This document shows positions 34,700 through 46,897 of a stretch of DNA of 64,000 nt, piece by piece (position 1 is the stretch's first letter; each line of letters begins with the position of its first letter). Source of the stretch: Octopus sinensis (lineage: Eukaryota). The DNA lies in the NCBI RefSeq assembly GCF_006345805.1, contig NC_043000.1:72788001-72852000 (forward strand). The letters run 5' to 3'. The translations under genes and the position numbers were made by a program. Under the pieces are notes generated by a model. That model made no database searches. It was not told where the DNA came from and saw only the letters and a program-made list of their open reading frames with translations.

Positions 34700-35340
34700 T
34701 CTTTAATTTACAAGATAAAGTAATTGGGTGATTGTAATCAAAATTTAGAGTTGCATCAATACACCAAAAGTGAAAGCAATCAGAGCAAAATTAAGTGGGG
34801 CTCGTTTTGTAAATGCGAAAGATTAGATCCCAGCTTGGTCGCACAAATCAATAGAGGTAAACCTTGGATTCTGCCAGAGCATGGCAGTCTTTCACTTCGG
34901 AGGTCTGCCAATTTTGGGCAGAGAACCACCAAACTGGAGGACCAGGAGTTGAAGTAGAAATTGACGGGACTGTTTTGGTCCGTCAGAAGTACCAATGTGG
35001 CAGGATTGTGAAAACAGTTTGGCTTTTTGGCAGACTGGAATGGAAGGCATTCATCGTTCCATTGTTAAACGAATGTGGTGAGGCCAACATACGAGATGCT
35101 GGGACTCTGACTGCACTCATTACTTGTTACATCAGGCAGGGGTCAATTATTTATAGCAACTGTTGGCATGCCTATAGTAACCTCAATAACCTGGGCTATA
35201 CACACTATCAAATGAACTATAGCATTTTGTTGATCCTGTCAACACATCTATTTACTCTCAAAATATTGAGCATTTATGGGGAACCCTCAAGAAGAGCATT
35301 GTTCGACCTGGAACGAGGCCTGAGTACTTGAAGCAGTACG
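34700..35340 (+). pseudogene. Merlin (IS1595/IS1016-like) DDE transposase remnant
   Basis: VEIDGT..RQKYQCGR...WLFG...RDAGTL..LI...IRQGSIIYSNCWHAY...GYTHYQMNYS, then frameshifted HFVDP...QNIEHLW. Termini not identified. Confidence 0.8.
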
Positions 35341-35580
35341 TCACTAGGCTCCTGCATATAGGCACATGTACATGTCTGTGCGTGCATGTGTATGTATGTA
35401 CATGCGTGCATACGCGAATACTATGAGCATTTTTACTCCTTTACTTTTTACTTCCTCACCTTCGGTTTTTTTCCTTTATTCAACTATTATTATTATTCTA
35501 ATAGCTCCTTTGTCTTAATAATGGTCATAGTATTTTCCCTTTGTTTAACGGTCATTTTCATAGCATATTTTGATTGCCTC

Positions 35581-35641
35581 AATAACTGAAGAGACGCCGG
35601 TGCAGGTTTCCGTCCTGACATCTGAAACTCGGAGTTTTGTT
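35581..35641 (+). ncRNA. minimal hammerhead-like motif in a PLE terminus
   Basis: AATAA-CTGAAGA-GACG...CATCT-GAAAC-TCGGA-GTT-TTGTT. Stem I covaries with the 19102-19162 copy (GATAA/TTATC); stem II register imperfect. Confidence 0.45.
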
Positions 35642-35794
35642 ATGGCAACCGAATAATTGTCACATATATTAGAGATAAATTCCTATATTTATATAATATC
35701 AAGGTCTCTTTAATTCTTTTGTTGTCTTATTACTATTAATATATATATGTATATACACATATATATACTCATATACACACACACGCGCACATAT

Positions 35795-36180
35795 ATAATT
35801 GCCCTTGTGCATCTACAGCACACAAATGCTATCTTCCCGGTTAACCTTCCTTTGATGTTGCTGCACCTCTTATGCATCCATAGCTTACACTGGGTACATC
35901 TTATGGAGTTTCTACCCACATCTTTTCTACAGATCGAGCAGGGCCATCTACCTGAAGGGTTTTGAGATGTGTTTGTCTTCATACTTACCAGGACTTTTGT
36001 TCTTGCAACATTGACTCTAAGACCCTTCCTTCGATTCTAAACCTTGTTTCCACGCCTGAAATTTCTTATCTAGTTCTGGTAATGAATCTTCTATGGGAGC
36101 ATGGCTATCAGCATTGAGGAGCTCCCAGGGGCAGCTCATCTTGAATTCCTTTGTTATTGCCTGGAGGACTATGACAATTT
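35795..36180 (-). mobile_element. degenerate RTE RT/PHD fragment
   Basis: GRWPCSICRKDVGRNSIRCTQCKLWMHKRC on the minus strand. Confidence 0.85.
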
Positions 36181-36464
36181 CCCAGACTGTTGTTTGGTTA
36201 ATTTTAAGCTTTTTTTGCTATAGATTTTGCCTCCTTTGTGGAGGGTTATAATTGTATTTCAGTCTATAGCCATTATCTAATTTATAAATCTGAATTTATT
36301 TGGTCTGAGACAAAAAAAAGACACACTAGGCTTTGCCTTAATTTTGGGACACCCTGTATATATATATATATATATATATATCAATATTAATAATACAGTG
36401 ACTGTTTCTTGTCAGGAACAAAAGGATTAATAGGACTGCTGTAGAAGTACTCTATTGAAAGAGA

Positions 36465-37029
36465 CAAAAATATCAAACTAAAATTATTGAACAAACAGAT
36501 GCAAGGTCATCCGCATATCATTTCATAATTCGAACGCTTTAAATATAATACACCCCTGAAATGGCCATAGGGATAAGTAAATATGGTTCCCTTCTTAACT
36601 ATAAGGCTTCTTTTACCTGAATAATTATTTATTTAATAAGATTTCTAAACGATGAACTTTTATTTTATTTACATGATATATATTATATATTTTTTATATG
36701 CTCCTATATGTATGTATATATATATATATATATATTTTATATATTTTCATATACCTATATATTTTTATATATTACTTATATTATATTTTTACTTTCTACG
36801 TCTTTTTTAAAAAAATGTATTTTTTCTGAATCGCTAAAATATTAACTCTAAAATTTTTGATGATAAGAATTTTTTCTCGCACCTTATTATTATTATGTGC
36901 TAGTCTGCTTATACAGATGAATTATGTTCCATCTTGCGGGATGTTTATATGTATATTCTATGATTAAATGTTCGAATTATGAAATGATATGCGGATGACC
37001 TTGCATTTGTTTGTTCAATAATTTTAGTT

Positions 37030-37035
<6 letters not shown>
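36465..37035. mobile_element. AT-rich remnant with ~70-bp inverted termini (probable PLE)
   Basis: ttattgaacaaacagatgcaaggtcatccgcatatcatttcataattcgaac (36483-36535) is inverted at 36968-37020. Confidence 0.55.
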
Positions 37036-37077
<42 letters not shown>

Positions 37078-37084
37078 TCAAAAT

Positions 37085-38265
37085 AAGCAACAAGAATAAC
37101 TTCGTTAATTTGGTACGATTGTTTCACACTACATCATTTTATTAAATGTAGTAAGTATTACAACAGTTTTAAAATGTTGAGCAATCATCAGCCATTAATA
37201 GAGGTTTTCCTTTAATATATAATTTTCATATCAATTGATAACATTATAGAGAAGGTAGATATATAGACAAAGATGTGGATTTAAATTTTAAGAACATTAA
37301 GGTAGTAGAGTTTATCAACTGACTAAAGAATATTCAGTTGTTTTGAACTGCTAGAAGGTTTGGGAAGAATGATCAATTGAAATGAGACAAGGAAGATTTT
37401 CTATTTATAGAAATAGGGGTGAAATAGATGTCACAGTTCTATATAAAGAAATCGGGGTAGAGAAAGAGGGTTGGCAAACAGATTTTGTATTAGGAAAACT
37501 AGGTTAATATCAAATGGTCATAGTGACCATTTATAGAGAATACAGATATTCTTTTATACTTATATACATCAACTTTATATTTAGCTGGCAGGCTTTGAAT
37601 ATTTTGATACGTTGGATTAAAGGAGAAATTGTAAATCTAATATTTATTCATTTTGGAGAAAAATCTATCACTTATTATGAGTAGGCATAATACTCATTAA
37701 CTTAGGACAAAAGTCTTATTAATCAAGTATTAGGGGTCAAATATATATAATAGGAAAATTGGAAGAGGGGTAATCAAGAAGAATGGTATTCATAGGTTTA
37801 GTAGAAGGTGATTTATTTTTATGAAGAGAAGTAATTAAGAAGAGTAAATTACTCAGATTTCATAGATAGTGAATTGTTATTAATGAATTAAAATATAGAA
37901 TCTGTTAGAAATAATATTTACTACCCGCGGAGAAAGGCTAATTAGTTAGGTAAAAATATCCTTTGATATCAATTGATCATTCCTCCCAAACCTTTTAGCA
38001 GTTCAAAACAACTGAATATTCTGAATATTCTTCAGTCAGTTGATAAACTCTACTACCTTAATGTTCCACATCTTTGTCTATATATCTACCTTCTCTATAA
38101 TGTTATCAATTGATATGAAAATTATGTATTAATGGAGAACCTCTATTAATGGCTGATGATTGCTCAACATTTTAAAACTGTTGTAATACTTACATTTAAT
38201 AAAATGATGTAGCGTGAAACGATCATACCAAATTACCGAAGTTATTCTTGTTGCTTATATTGATT
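37085..38265. mobile_element. Penelope-like remnant with ~290-bp inverted terminal arms, each with a hammerhead-like motif
   Basis: 37085-37380 is the reverse complement of 37970-38265. TGG-CTGATGA...GAAACGATC(A/G)TA-CCA at 38150-38230 (+) and ~37110-37195 (-). Confidence 0.7.
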
Positions 38266-38360
38266 ATAATCACCCCATGGATTTATATGGATAACACCAT
38301 ACTAAATTCTGGTGCATCTAACTTAAGTACCATATTCATTTGAATCTAAATTTTGCTGAA

Positions 38361-38440
<80 letters not shown>

Positions 38441-38499
38441 GATAGATAGCAGGTTGGTAGATATAAAAGAGAGATTCTGTCTGCTTGTGTGTTTGTTTG

Positions 38500-38860
38500 T
38501 CTCACAAAGTCCAAAGTAAAAGGTTCAAGGGAGGCAACACTAATTGTGCACAAACCTATGAAGAACTGCATTAAGGCAAATATTCTCACTGGTTTTGGTA
38601 AACATCTCATAAAGTGAAAGTAATTGTCTCAAGGGAAGCAACACTAATTGTGCACAAACCTATGACGAGCTGCATTAAGGCAATTATTCTCACTGGTTGT
38701 GATAAATGTGACACTCTTCGTTCCTTGCATACTAGTTATACCATCTAACGTCCCATTCAAATTTAAGCACTTAAATTTTCCTATACCACTTTCTTTTGCC
38801 ATGAGCATTACTAAAAGTCAAGGCCAAACACTAAAAGTTGCTGGATTGAAGAACAAACAG
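38500..38860 (+). pseudogene. Helitron RepHel Pif1-like helicase C-terminal remnant
   Basis: IPSNVPFKFKHLNFPIPLSFAMSITKSQGQTLKVAGL, with TLIVHKPMKNCIKANILTG upstream (duplicated). Confidence 0.75.
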
Positions 38861-39142
38861 AAGTTCATATATGAAATCCATCTATTTTCTACTTCAATTA
38901 TTGTTATATGTTTTTCTCTTATATAATACACACATAAGGTCGAGTAAATCTAAATCTAATTGACAAAACACAGCATTTGTACTATTACTTACTGTTGCCT
39001 TGCCTTCCACTCCTGTAATATAACGTTAGAATTTCAGCACTAACATTGACAGGACACAGCATTGGTAATTTCATTTCACTGTTACTTACTGATATTCTTA
39101 ATCAAAAAAATGTCTCCTAAAAAAAGCCCATCAAAAACCATT

Positions 39143-39242
39143 GTTGGTACTCTTGAGTTTCAAGCGTGATGCTAGCAATCAGCTATTTTGAATTTGAAAT
39201 GGCTGACGACTAGCATCATGCTTGAAACTCAAGAGTACCAAC
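39143..39242 (+). other. 100-nt near-perfect hairpin
   Basis: 33-bp stem with one G-U, 3x3 internal loop, 11-bp stem with G-U pairs, 6-nt loop. Confidence 0.85.
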
Positions 39243-39324
39243 GAATTTGAAACCCCCCCCCCACTATTTTGATCCATACATGTGTGTCTGCATACATTTT
39301 TTGAGTGCATGTGCGCATGTATAC

Positions 39325-39690
39325 TCTTACTCTTTTACTTGTTTCAGTCATTTGACTGTGGCCATGCTGGAGCACCGCCTTTGGTCGACCAAATCAACCC
39401 CAGGCCTTATTCTTTGTAAGCCTAGTACTTATTCTATCAGTCTCTTTTGCCAAACCGCAAAGTTATGGGGATGTAAACACACCACCATCAGTTGTCAGGC
39501 GATGCTGGGGAACAAGCACAGACACAAACATATACATATACATGCTTTCAGTTTCTGTCTACCAAATCCACTCAAGGCTTTGGTCGGCGCGAAACTATAG
39601 TAGAAGACACTTGCCCAAGGTGCCATGCAGTGGGACTGAACCTGGAACCATGTGGTTTGTTAGCAAGCTACTTACCACATAGCCACTCCT
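39325..39690 (-). mobile_element. tRNA/CORE-type SINE, near full length
   Basis: Reverse complement of 32696-33092. Confidence 0.85.
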
Positions 39691-40344
39691 ACGCCTATAT
39701 ATATCCTATATTCTACCGATACCACTATCAACACTTACCTCTACCTTGGATTTTCTTTACCTCTTGGATACTTACCATTGGCTGCACCTCTCTTTCGCGG
39801 ATCAAAGTGACTTTGCATTGATGTGAAATCCTTAAAAAATATACCACGACGTCTACACATTTCTCACCTTGAACTTTCAACCTTGAACTTGTTCGCATAA
39901 ACTGTCCCGTTTGTTGTATTTTTATTTTCTCTTATATTACCACTTTTTTTACATTCATTTCATGCTTTCCACATTTTCCTGCATATTTGTTCTCCTTTCC
40001 GTCTTTCTTCCCTCTCTGGATGTCCATACTCCGTTTCCTCTGCCTGCACCCTCCTTTTTTTTGCCTCCCCCTCTCTCTGCTTCCCTTCTTTCTTTCCCTT
40101 TTCCGTTTGCCCCGTCTTTTCTGCCCCTATCGCTTACTTATCTAGTTTTTTCATACGATTATTATTTTTTTGTTTTTTTGAACGTTTGTTTTTTCCCCTT
40201 TTTTCGCTATCCTTTTTTTCTATTTTTTTCATACGATAATTTTTGTTTTTTTGTTTTTTTGTTTTTTTTTTGTTTTTTCGAACGTTTTTTTCCGCTATCC
40301 CATCATGCCGGATCCTAGGTCCTACCTCCTCACCCTCCATCACC

Positions 40345-43200
40345 GTTTGAAGGATCATCTCCGTTCGCTTCCTGTATATTGCCTTCAGCCGTCCGTTAAT
40401 CTCTCTCTACTTCTTTTTAAAAAAACCCGCTTCTCTAGCCATGTCTCTTTCCTAAGCCGCTGCCTACATCACCGACTCATCCCTAAAGGTTTCCGCCTCC
40501 ACTTCCACCCTGCTCTCCACTCGGATTCTTCCATCTTACCCATACTCCGCACCACATCTTACCGCCTTATGCGGGCCACCATTCGCTCCAATCTCTCCAA
40601 ACTACATGCCATCAACCGCCTTCTTCCTCCTGCTTTCTCCACCTTCTTCTCCTCTCTGCCGCCTCTCTATGCTCCAAACACGCTACGCTTCATTATCCAT
40701 TTGAATCAACTCTTCCATCAATTTCTTTCTGATACCAAACTTCGTAAACTCCAATCACTCTTCCATTCCACCCTACCCGACGCCACTACCCCAACTCCTC
40801 CACCACCCTTCTACCCTCCCGATAGGCTCCATCCACCCACACCTAACCCCACTGCCCCTCCCTACAACCCCTTCTCCCCTCCCGTTAGGCTCCATCCACC
40901 TACACCTAACCCTACTGCCCTGCCCAACCACCCCCACACACCTCCCCAATCCCTCCCCCTCAGACCTCCACGAGACCTACCACCCCTCCTACTTCTATTC
41001 CACCCACCCCTTCTCCACTTCCGTCTGTTGTTACCATTCCCCCCGATCTTCCCCTCTCTGCGGCTGAACGCTCCGTCCTTGGTAGGGGTCTGCGTTTCAT
41101 CCCCCTCACTCCATCCTGTAAGGAATTCCAGACGCAAGTTGATGTCCACAGCTTTGTGCGCCGTGTCCGGTTGGGTGCGCATTACCACGACTCACCACCC
41201 ACACCCAACGAAGAGGACTGCTTCACTGGCCTGGGCCGCCGACCATCCCCGTGGACGCCAGATCCTAGCAGTGGATCTTTTCGCGGGCGCTTGTCAGCGT
41301 GCATTGGAGCGGTTCAACTTCTCCAGGCGCCAACGCCGCCTCAACATCTCCCCGGCTGAGCTCTTGGCTCTTCGTTCCCTCCAACGGCGCGCTGACATTA
41401 TCATCAAACCGGCTGACAAGGGTGGAGCTGTAGTGGTGTGGCGCGCGGACCTCTATAGGGCCGAGGCTTTCCGCCAACTCAATGACACCTCCTTCTATTC
41501 CCCTCTGCCCTCTAACCCCACACGTAGCTACCAACAGACGGTATCCTCTACTGTCCAAGACCTCATCTCGTCCTCCAGTCTCCCCCGCACCGCATCCAAC
41601 CTAATTGTGCAAACCCCACGTACCCCCACCATTTACTTCCTCCCCAAAATCCACAAACCCAACAACCCTGGCCGCCCCATCGTCTCCGCCTGTAACTGCC
41701 CCACGGAGCTCATCTCTAAATACTTCGACCGTGTCCTTGCCCCCCTAGTGGCATCTCTTCCCTCCCACATCCACGATACCAACCATGCTCTCCGGCTTTT
41801 CAACTCTTTCTCCTTTCCTCCCGGCTCCTCCAAAATCCTTTTTACTATGGACATCCAAAGCCTCTATACTGTTATCCCTCACCACGAAGGACTGCAGGCC
41901 CTTCGACACTTTCTTGACCTCCGCTCTAACCCTGTACCTGACACCTCCACACTCATTCGTCTGGCCGAACTTGTCCTTACTCTGAACTGCTTCTCGTTCG
42001 CGGGCGAGTTCTACCATCAGGTCTCGGGAGTGGCCATGGGAACGCGAATGGGCCCCAACTATGCGAACCTGTTTGTTGGCTATGTTGAGGCCCAAATATT
42101 CTCTAATTTCACTGGTCCCACTCCTGAACTATATGGTCGTTACATTGACGACATTATCGGTGCCACTTCACTCTCCCGCGAACATCTAGATTCCTTCCTC
42201 TCTTTCGTCCAATCTTTCCATCCAGCCCTCCACTTCACTTCCACTATCTCCAACACCTCTGTCTCCTTCCTCGACATTTCGGTTAGCATTCTTCACTCCA
42301 CTCTTACCACCTCCATTCACTACAAACACACAGACTCACACTCATACCTCAACTTCTCTTCCTCCCACCCAGAACACACCAAGCTTTCCATCCCCTATTC
42401 CCAATTCCTCCGTCTACGTAGGCTCTGTAATGACGGACCATGACTTTGAGACTCAGTCTCAACGTATGGCTCACCACTTCACCCTACGTGGATACCCCCT
42501 CACCACTATCCACACCGCCCTTGCCAGAGCACGGTCCGTGGACCGTGTATCTGCTCTCTCTCCCCGAACCCGCCCTGTAGTCTCCCGCCTCCCTTTTCCC
42601 CTCACTTACCACCCCACGACCCTACATCTCCAACGCACCATTCTTCGAGCTTTCCGTTCACTCCAGTCCGACCCGTCCACTTCACACCTCTTCCCTAACC
42701 GACCCCTCCCCTCTTTCAAACGAGCCCACAACCTTCGAGACCTTTTGGTCCATAGCTCCTTCCCTGACCCTACCTCGCAACCCGGCTCGTTCCCCTGCTC
42801 CCGCCCACGTTGCCGCACTTGCCCTTACCTCTCCAACACCACCCGCCTCACTAGCACCCACCATCGACCCTATCCCATCATCCACTCCTTCACCTGCACC
42901 TCCAGCAATATTATCTATTGCATCTCTTGCTCTCTCTGCAATTCCTTGTACATCGGACAAACGGGACGGCGCTTGGCTGACCGGTTCGCGGAACACCTTC
43001 GTGACATCCACCTTGCGAACGATACACCGGTCTCACGCCATTTCCGCTCCACCAGTCACTCCTTGCAACACCTATCTGTGTTCGGTTTGTCCTTACACAG
43101 AGGCCATCCGGATTCCCGTTTGCGCCGTGAACAGGAATTAATCTTCTCTCTTCGCTCTTATACGCCATTTGGTCTCAACTCTCCCCCCCTCCTCATCTAA
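40345..43200 (+). pseudogene. PLE reverse transcriptase-GIY-YIG endonuclease ORF with at least three frameshifts
   Basis: IIIKPADKGGAVVVW, YFLPKIHKPNNPGRPIVS, TMDIQSLYT, QVSGVAMGTRMGPNYANLF, GRYIDD, FLD; CSRPRCRTC linker; IIYCISCSLCNSLYIGQTGRRLADRFAEH. Confidence 0.92.
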
Positions 43201-43480
43201 CCCCCCTCTCCCCCCTCCTCACCTATCCTTTCCCCCCGACCCCTACTTCTTCAGTCCTTCATCCTTTCACCCCTACTCCCCTTCCCTCTTTCTCCCTCCC
43301 TCTTCCCCTTCCCTCTGCTCCCTCACTCCCTCTCTCCCCTTCTCTCTCCCCTTCTCTCTCCCCCTCTCCCTCTTTCCTCCTTCATCCCCTCCTCCCCTTC
43401 CTTCTCCCCCATCCTCTCCTCTTCTCCCCCTCTCCCCCTCCTCTTCTCCCCCTCCCCTCTTCTCCTCACTACACCACATG
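43200..43480 (+). repeat. almost pure polypyrimidine (CT-rich) tract
   Basis: (ctcccct/cttccc)-type low complexity. Confidence 0.95.
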
Positions 43481-43509
43481 ACTTTACACATCACATCACA
43501 TATGATGTG

Positions 43510-43850
43510 CCATACTAATACATACACCAACTAATACATACTAATACGTACTAATACATACTAGTACATACTAATACATACACCAACACTATACATACAC
43601 ACGTCCAGACCCCGCATACGCACTTATACTCTCTCATACACACACACACACACACTTATACATACTAATACGTACTAATACATACTAATACATACACCAA
43701 CCCCATACATACGCACGTCCAGACCAATCCTACGCACTAATACTCTCTCATACACACACACACACACACACACACACCCTTATACATACTAATACATACA
43801 CCAACCCTATACATACACACATCCAGACCCCTCCTACGCACTATTAGCTG
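43510..43850 (+). repeat. degenerate ~95-125-bp tandem repeat in the PLE 3' UTR
   Basis: catactaatacatacaccaac...cgtccagacc..c.tacgcact...tactctctcatacacaca recurs about three times. Confidence 0.85.
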
Positions 43851-43990
43851 GTCCCTCAACCCTATTATCAACCCTATTATCTCCCCTTATTTCGCTCTCG
43901 CGTCTCATGTTTGATCTTTGACCTCTGGCCGAAATCAGATCGCCATGTTGATTCGTTAGCTACTGCACGCATTTTTTTTCTCTCTGTGTA

Positions 43991-44028
43991 TCTTTCTGTT
44001 GAAGAGCGTAGGCTCGAAACGTTAAAGA
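43991..44028 (+). ncRNA. variant minimal hammerhead motif
   Basis: TCTTT-CTGTTGA-A-GAGC(GTAG)GCTC-GAAAC-GT-T-AAAGA: 5-bp stem I, 4-bp stem II, palindromic ACGT stem III, non-canonical core (A6U, extra A). Confidence 0.45.
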
Positions 44029-44126
44029 CTTTTAAATATTTATATTTCCTGAGCGCCATACTAATACAATTGTTCGTTTGTTTTCCACCTGCCTTCGTCT
44101 TTTGTTTAGTTTCATAAAGCTTCCCG

Positions 44127-44182
<56 letters not shown>

Positions 44183-44890
44183 GTATATATACATATATTT
44201 TTTCCACTAGTAAATTTAATTGCCTTTTGGACATACACATTTTTATATACAGCAATAATGACTTTGTCACTGGTGATGCCTTCTCTGTATATCACAGAAT
44301 TCTAATTCTATCCTGAACCCCTCCAATCATGTTTACCATTCACTGCATTCTTCACCCTGTCCAGTTCTCTAAACCATTTAACTTATATTCAGCTCCCTGT
44401 ACCTTGTGGGTGTGACCTAACACATCTTCCAGCATCTTCTCTTTCACTCACTCTCTCCTTTCTTCTCTCTCTTTCCAACTGATAATATATTGGTCATCTT
44501 ATTCTGGTTCAGCAGTAGTCTAGCACTCTGTTTGATTGACCTCCTAGTGGCATCATTTATTTGTTCTGGTCACTTGTAGCAGTAGTCCAGCACTCCTGTT
44601 GGTTGATTTTTTTATATGTCATTTGCTTTTCAAATGTTTTAGTCACTTATTTTTGTCTGATAATTAATTGTCCAGTGTTCTGGTTTGCTGATTCCCTTAA
44701 AATGTCACTTGTTTTTCTGATGACCATTTGAAGGTATCGTTTGTTTATTTTCTTTATCCTGTGGGTCCAGTTTTGATCCAAAAGAAAATCTAATTGATAA
44801 CTCCTATATTTAATAGAGTTTTATATTTAATTGCCCATGGGCATGTAGTGTAGTGGTTAAGTGTGTGGGTTACTAGCCCCAAGATTCCGT

Positions 44891-44927
<37 letters not shown>

Positions 44928-45424
44928 GTATACACTTTATTTATGGATTAATGGTGCTACCAATAGTTTCATGCAAGGAAATTCACAATTGTCAAATGTT
45001 CCACTTCAGAATGTTGATAATCTGTCTCTATGTTCAACGAGACTACGTGAGATTATGCAGGATTTTAAGGAACTTTAAATATTGCTTTGGTTTTTAGATA
45101 AACAGGGGAAGGGTGGTTACTCTTTTACAAACTTAAGTTATTTCTCTTGTATTAAACATGTTTTTTTTTTATTTTTGTAAGTGTTGATGGAGATTAAAAA
45201 TATTTGATCTTACGGTCAGCACAGTTTAATTGCACTATAAGATTCTTATATAAATGTGTACAACATATGTCACATACCTGCACTTTTGTGGATGAATGTG
45301 CAGGTGTAGACAAATTATTTTGTGGATTTACCAAGGTTTTAAACATTTACAAGTTTATGAATGTATATTTTGCAAATTGAATGGAATGATATCTTTATGT
45401 TTTATATGTGTGCACAGCTTAGAA

Positions 45425-45620
45425 TTCAAACATGACTTCCTGCTAAATGGAAGAACATAAACATACCAACACTAGTTGTCAAGCAGTAGAGAGGAGACAC
45501 ACACACATATACATTGGTCATCCTGAAGTTATAGTAAAAGACACTTACCCGAGGTGCCATGCAGTGGACTGAATCTGGAACCATGTGGATTGCAAGCAGA
45601 CCTCTTACCACAGCTATGCC
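45425..45620 (-). mobile_element. degenerate tRNA/CORE-type SINE
   Basis: gacacttacccgaggtgccatgcagtggactgaatctggaaccatgtgg...cttaccacagc is the reverse of the SINE head. Confidence 0.75.
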
Positions 45621-46897
45621 TAACATTATATCTGTTATATATTAAATTTATCCTTGCTGAATAGATGGTACGGTTGACAGTGGGTGATGCTTGATATTTT
45701 TCAGTTTAAATCGTTGTTTGTGTAAGCAAATGGTCAAAATGTTCAGGGATTGCATATGCTTCTCATCCTTTACATTTACTGGCCTTAGCTATGATGCTCT
45801 TCTTTATTTGGGGGTTGTCCACACTCCTTTTTCTAAGGTTTCATACCATATTAGAAAAAGCTGTTGTATGTCTTTTATTTCTATCTGTAAACAAAGTTAG
45901 GTGCTGCAGGTATTTTTCCTGAAAGCATTTCCAGTCATTCCATCATCAGCTTTTGTGGTCCCATTTATATCAGTGATATTGGTCTTGTAAATTGTTCTTT
46001 TTCCAGGCACATATTCAAAAGACAGTAACTGGGGAATCTACAGGACAAGATATTTGTGAGGTGTTCCTATTGCTACCATTCTTATTGTGGTTAAAGATCA
46101 TCAAGCCTTTGGGAGACAACTATATAAACTTTAACCATGTTTCAAGTAAAGATCTTGTGATATTTATGTGAGCATGGAAAATTTCAGAAATCAATAGGTA
46201 TCTTTTGAGGGTACTTCTTACATTGATAGAGACTCTGACTATCTGCCATCAATAATTAAGCAATTTGTAGTATTTAGTGTTTCCAACATATCCTCTGATG
46301 AAACAAACTTCAAAAAATAGCCCTGTGTAGCAATACCTCCTTACAAAGATCCAATTTTAAGAACAATATACTGAACCAAACTTAGAAAAAAATTTTTGTC
46401 TAATCATTCATATAGCATGAACATGGCTATAAACATAGCTTGATGATTTCTGTTAATTTGTTTATGTTCTTGTAACTTAGTTGTTCTGCAACTAAGTATA
46501 GTATTACTACCAAACAAGTAAGTACTGAAATTGATTTGTTTGAATAAGACTTTCACTGTACTATCCCAGCATGGATGCAGTCCAATGACTAAAACAAGTA
46601 AAAGATAAACTATGAAATGTATTTTTCATAATAATGTGTATTCAAAGTCATATGCTCTATATGCATATGTGCCACTTAGACATTTAATTCAACTCCTTTT
46701 GTTTCACATGTAGTATGTGCATATTTATCTGCCATTCAATTCAATATAATACCTTCCATAATTACTCTGTCATTTACTTCCTTGCCTTTGCTGTCTCAAT
46801 CATTGTTTCTCTCTTACTGTGTGAGTGTATGTGTAGTGTTCCATTACTCATTGCCTGCCATCAAGCCAAGCTTGTGTATGCACTATGCACATATCGG

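Larger units (their letters stand above)
39911..44125 (+). mobile_element. near-complete C/T-rich Penelope-like retroelement (Neptune-like)
   Basis: RT plus Cys-rich linker plus GIY-YIG; polypyrimidine 5' and 3' regions; hammerhead-like motif near the 3' end; ends in (TA)n(CA)n. The 5' boundary is uncertain. Confidence 0.9.

Noticed and set aside
42430-42443. Programmed frameshift between PLE RT and GIY-YIG
   Set aside because: The second copy is in frame, there is no slippery heptamer, and PLEs encode a single ORF.
44510-44700. Weak ~68-bp periodicity (cagtagtc.agcactc)
   Set aside because: Too degenerate to support any structure or function.
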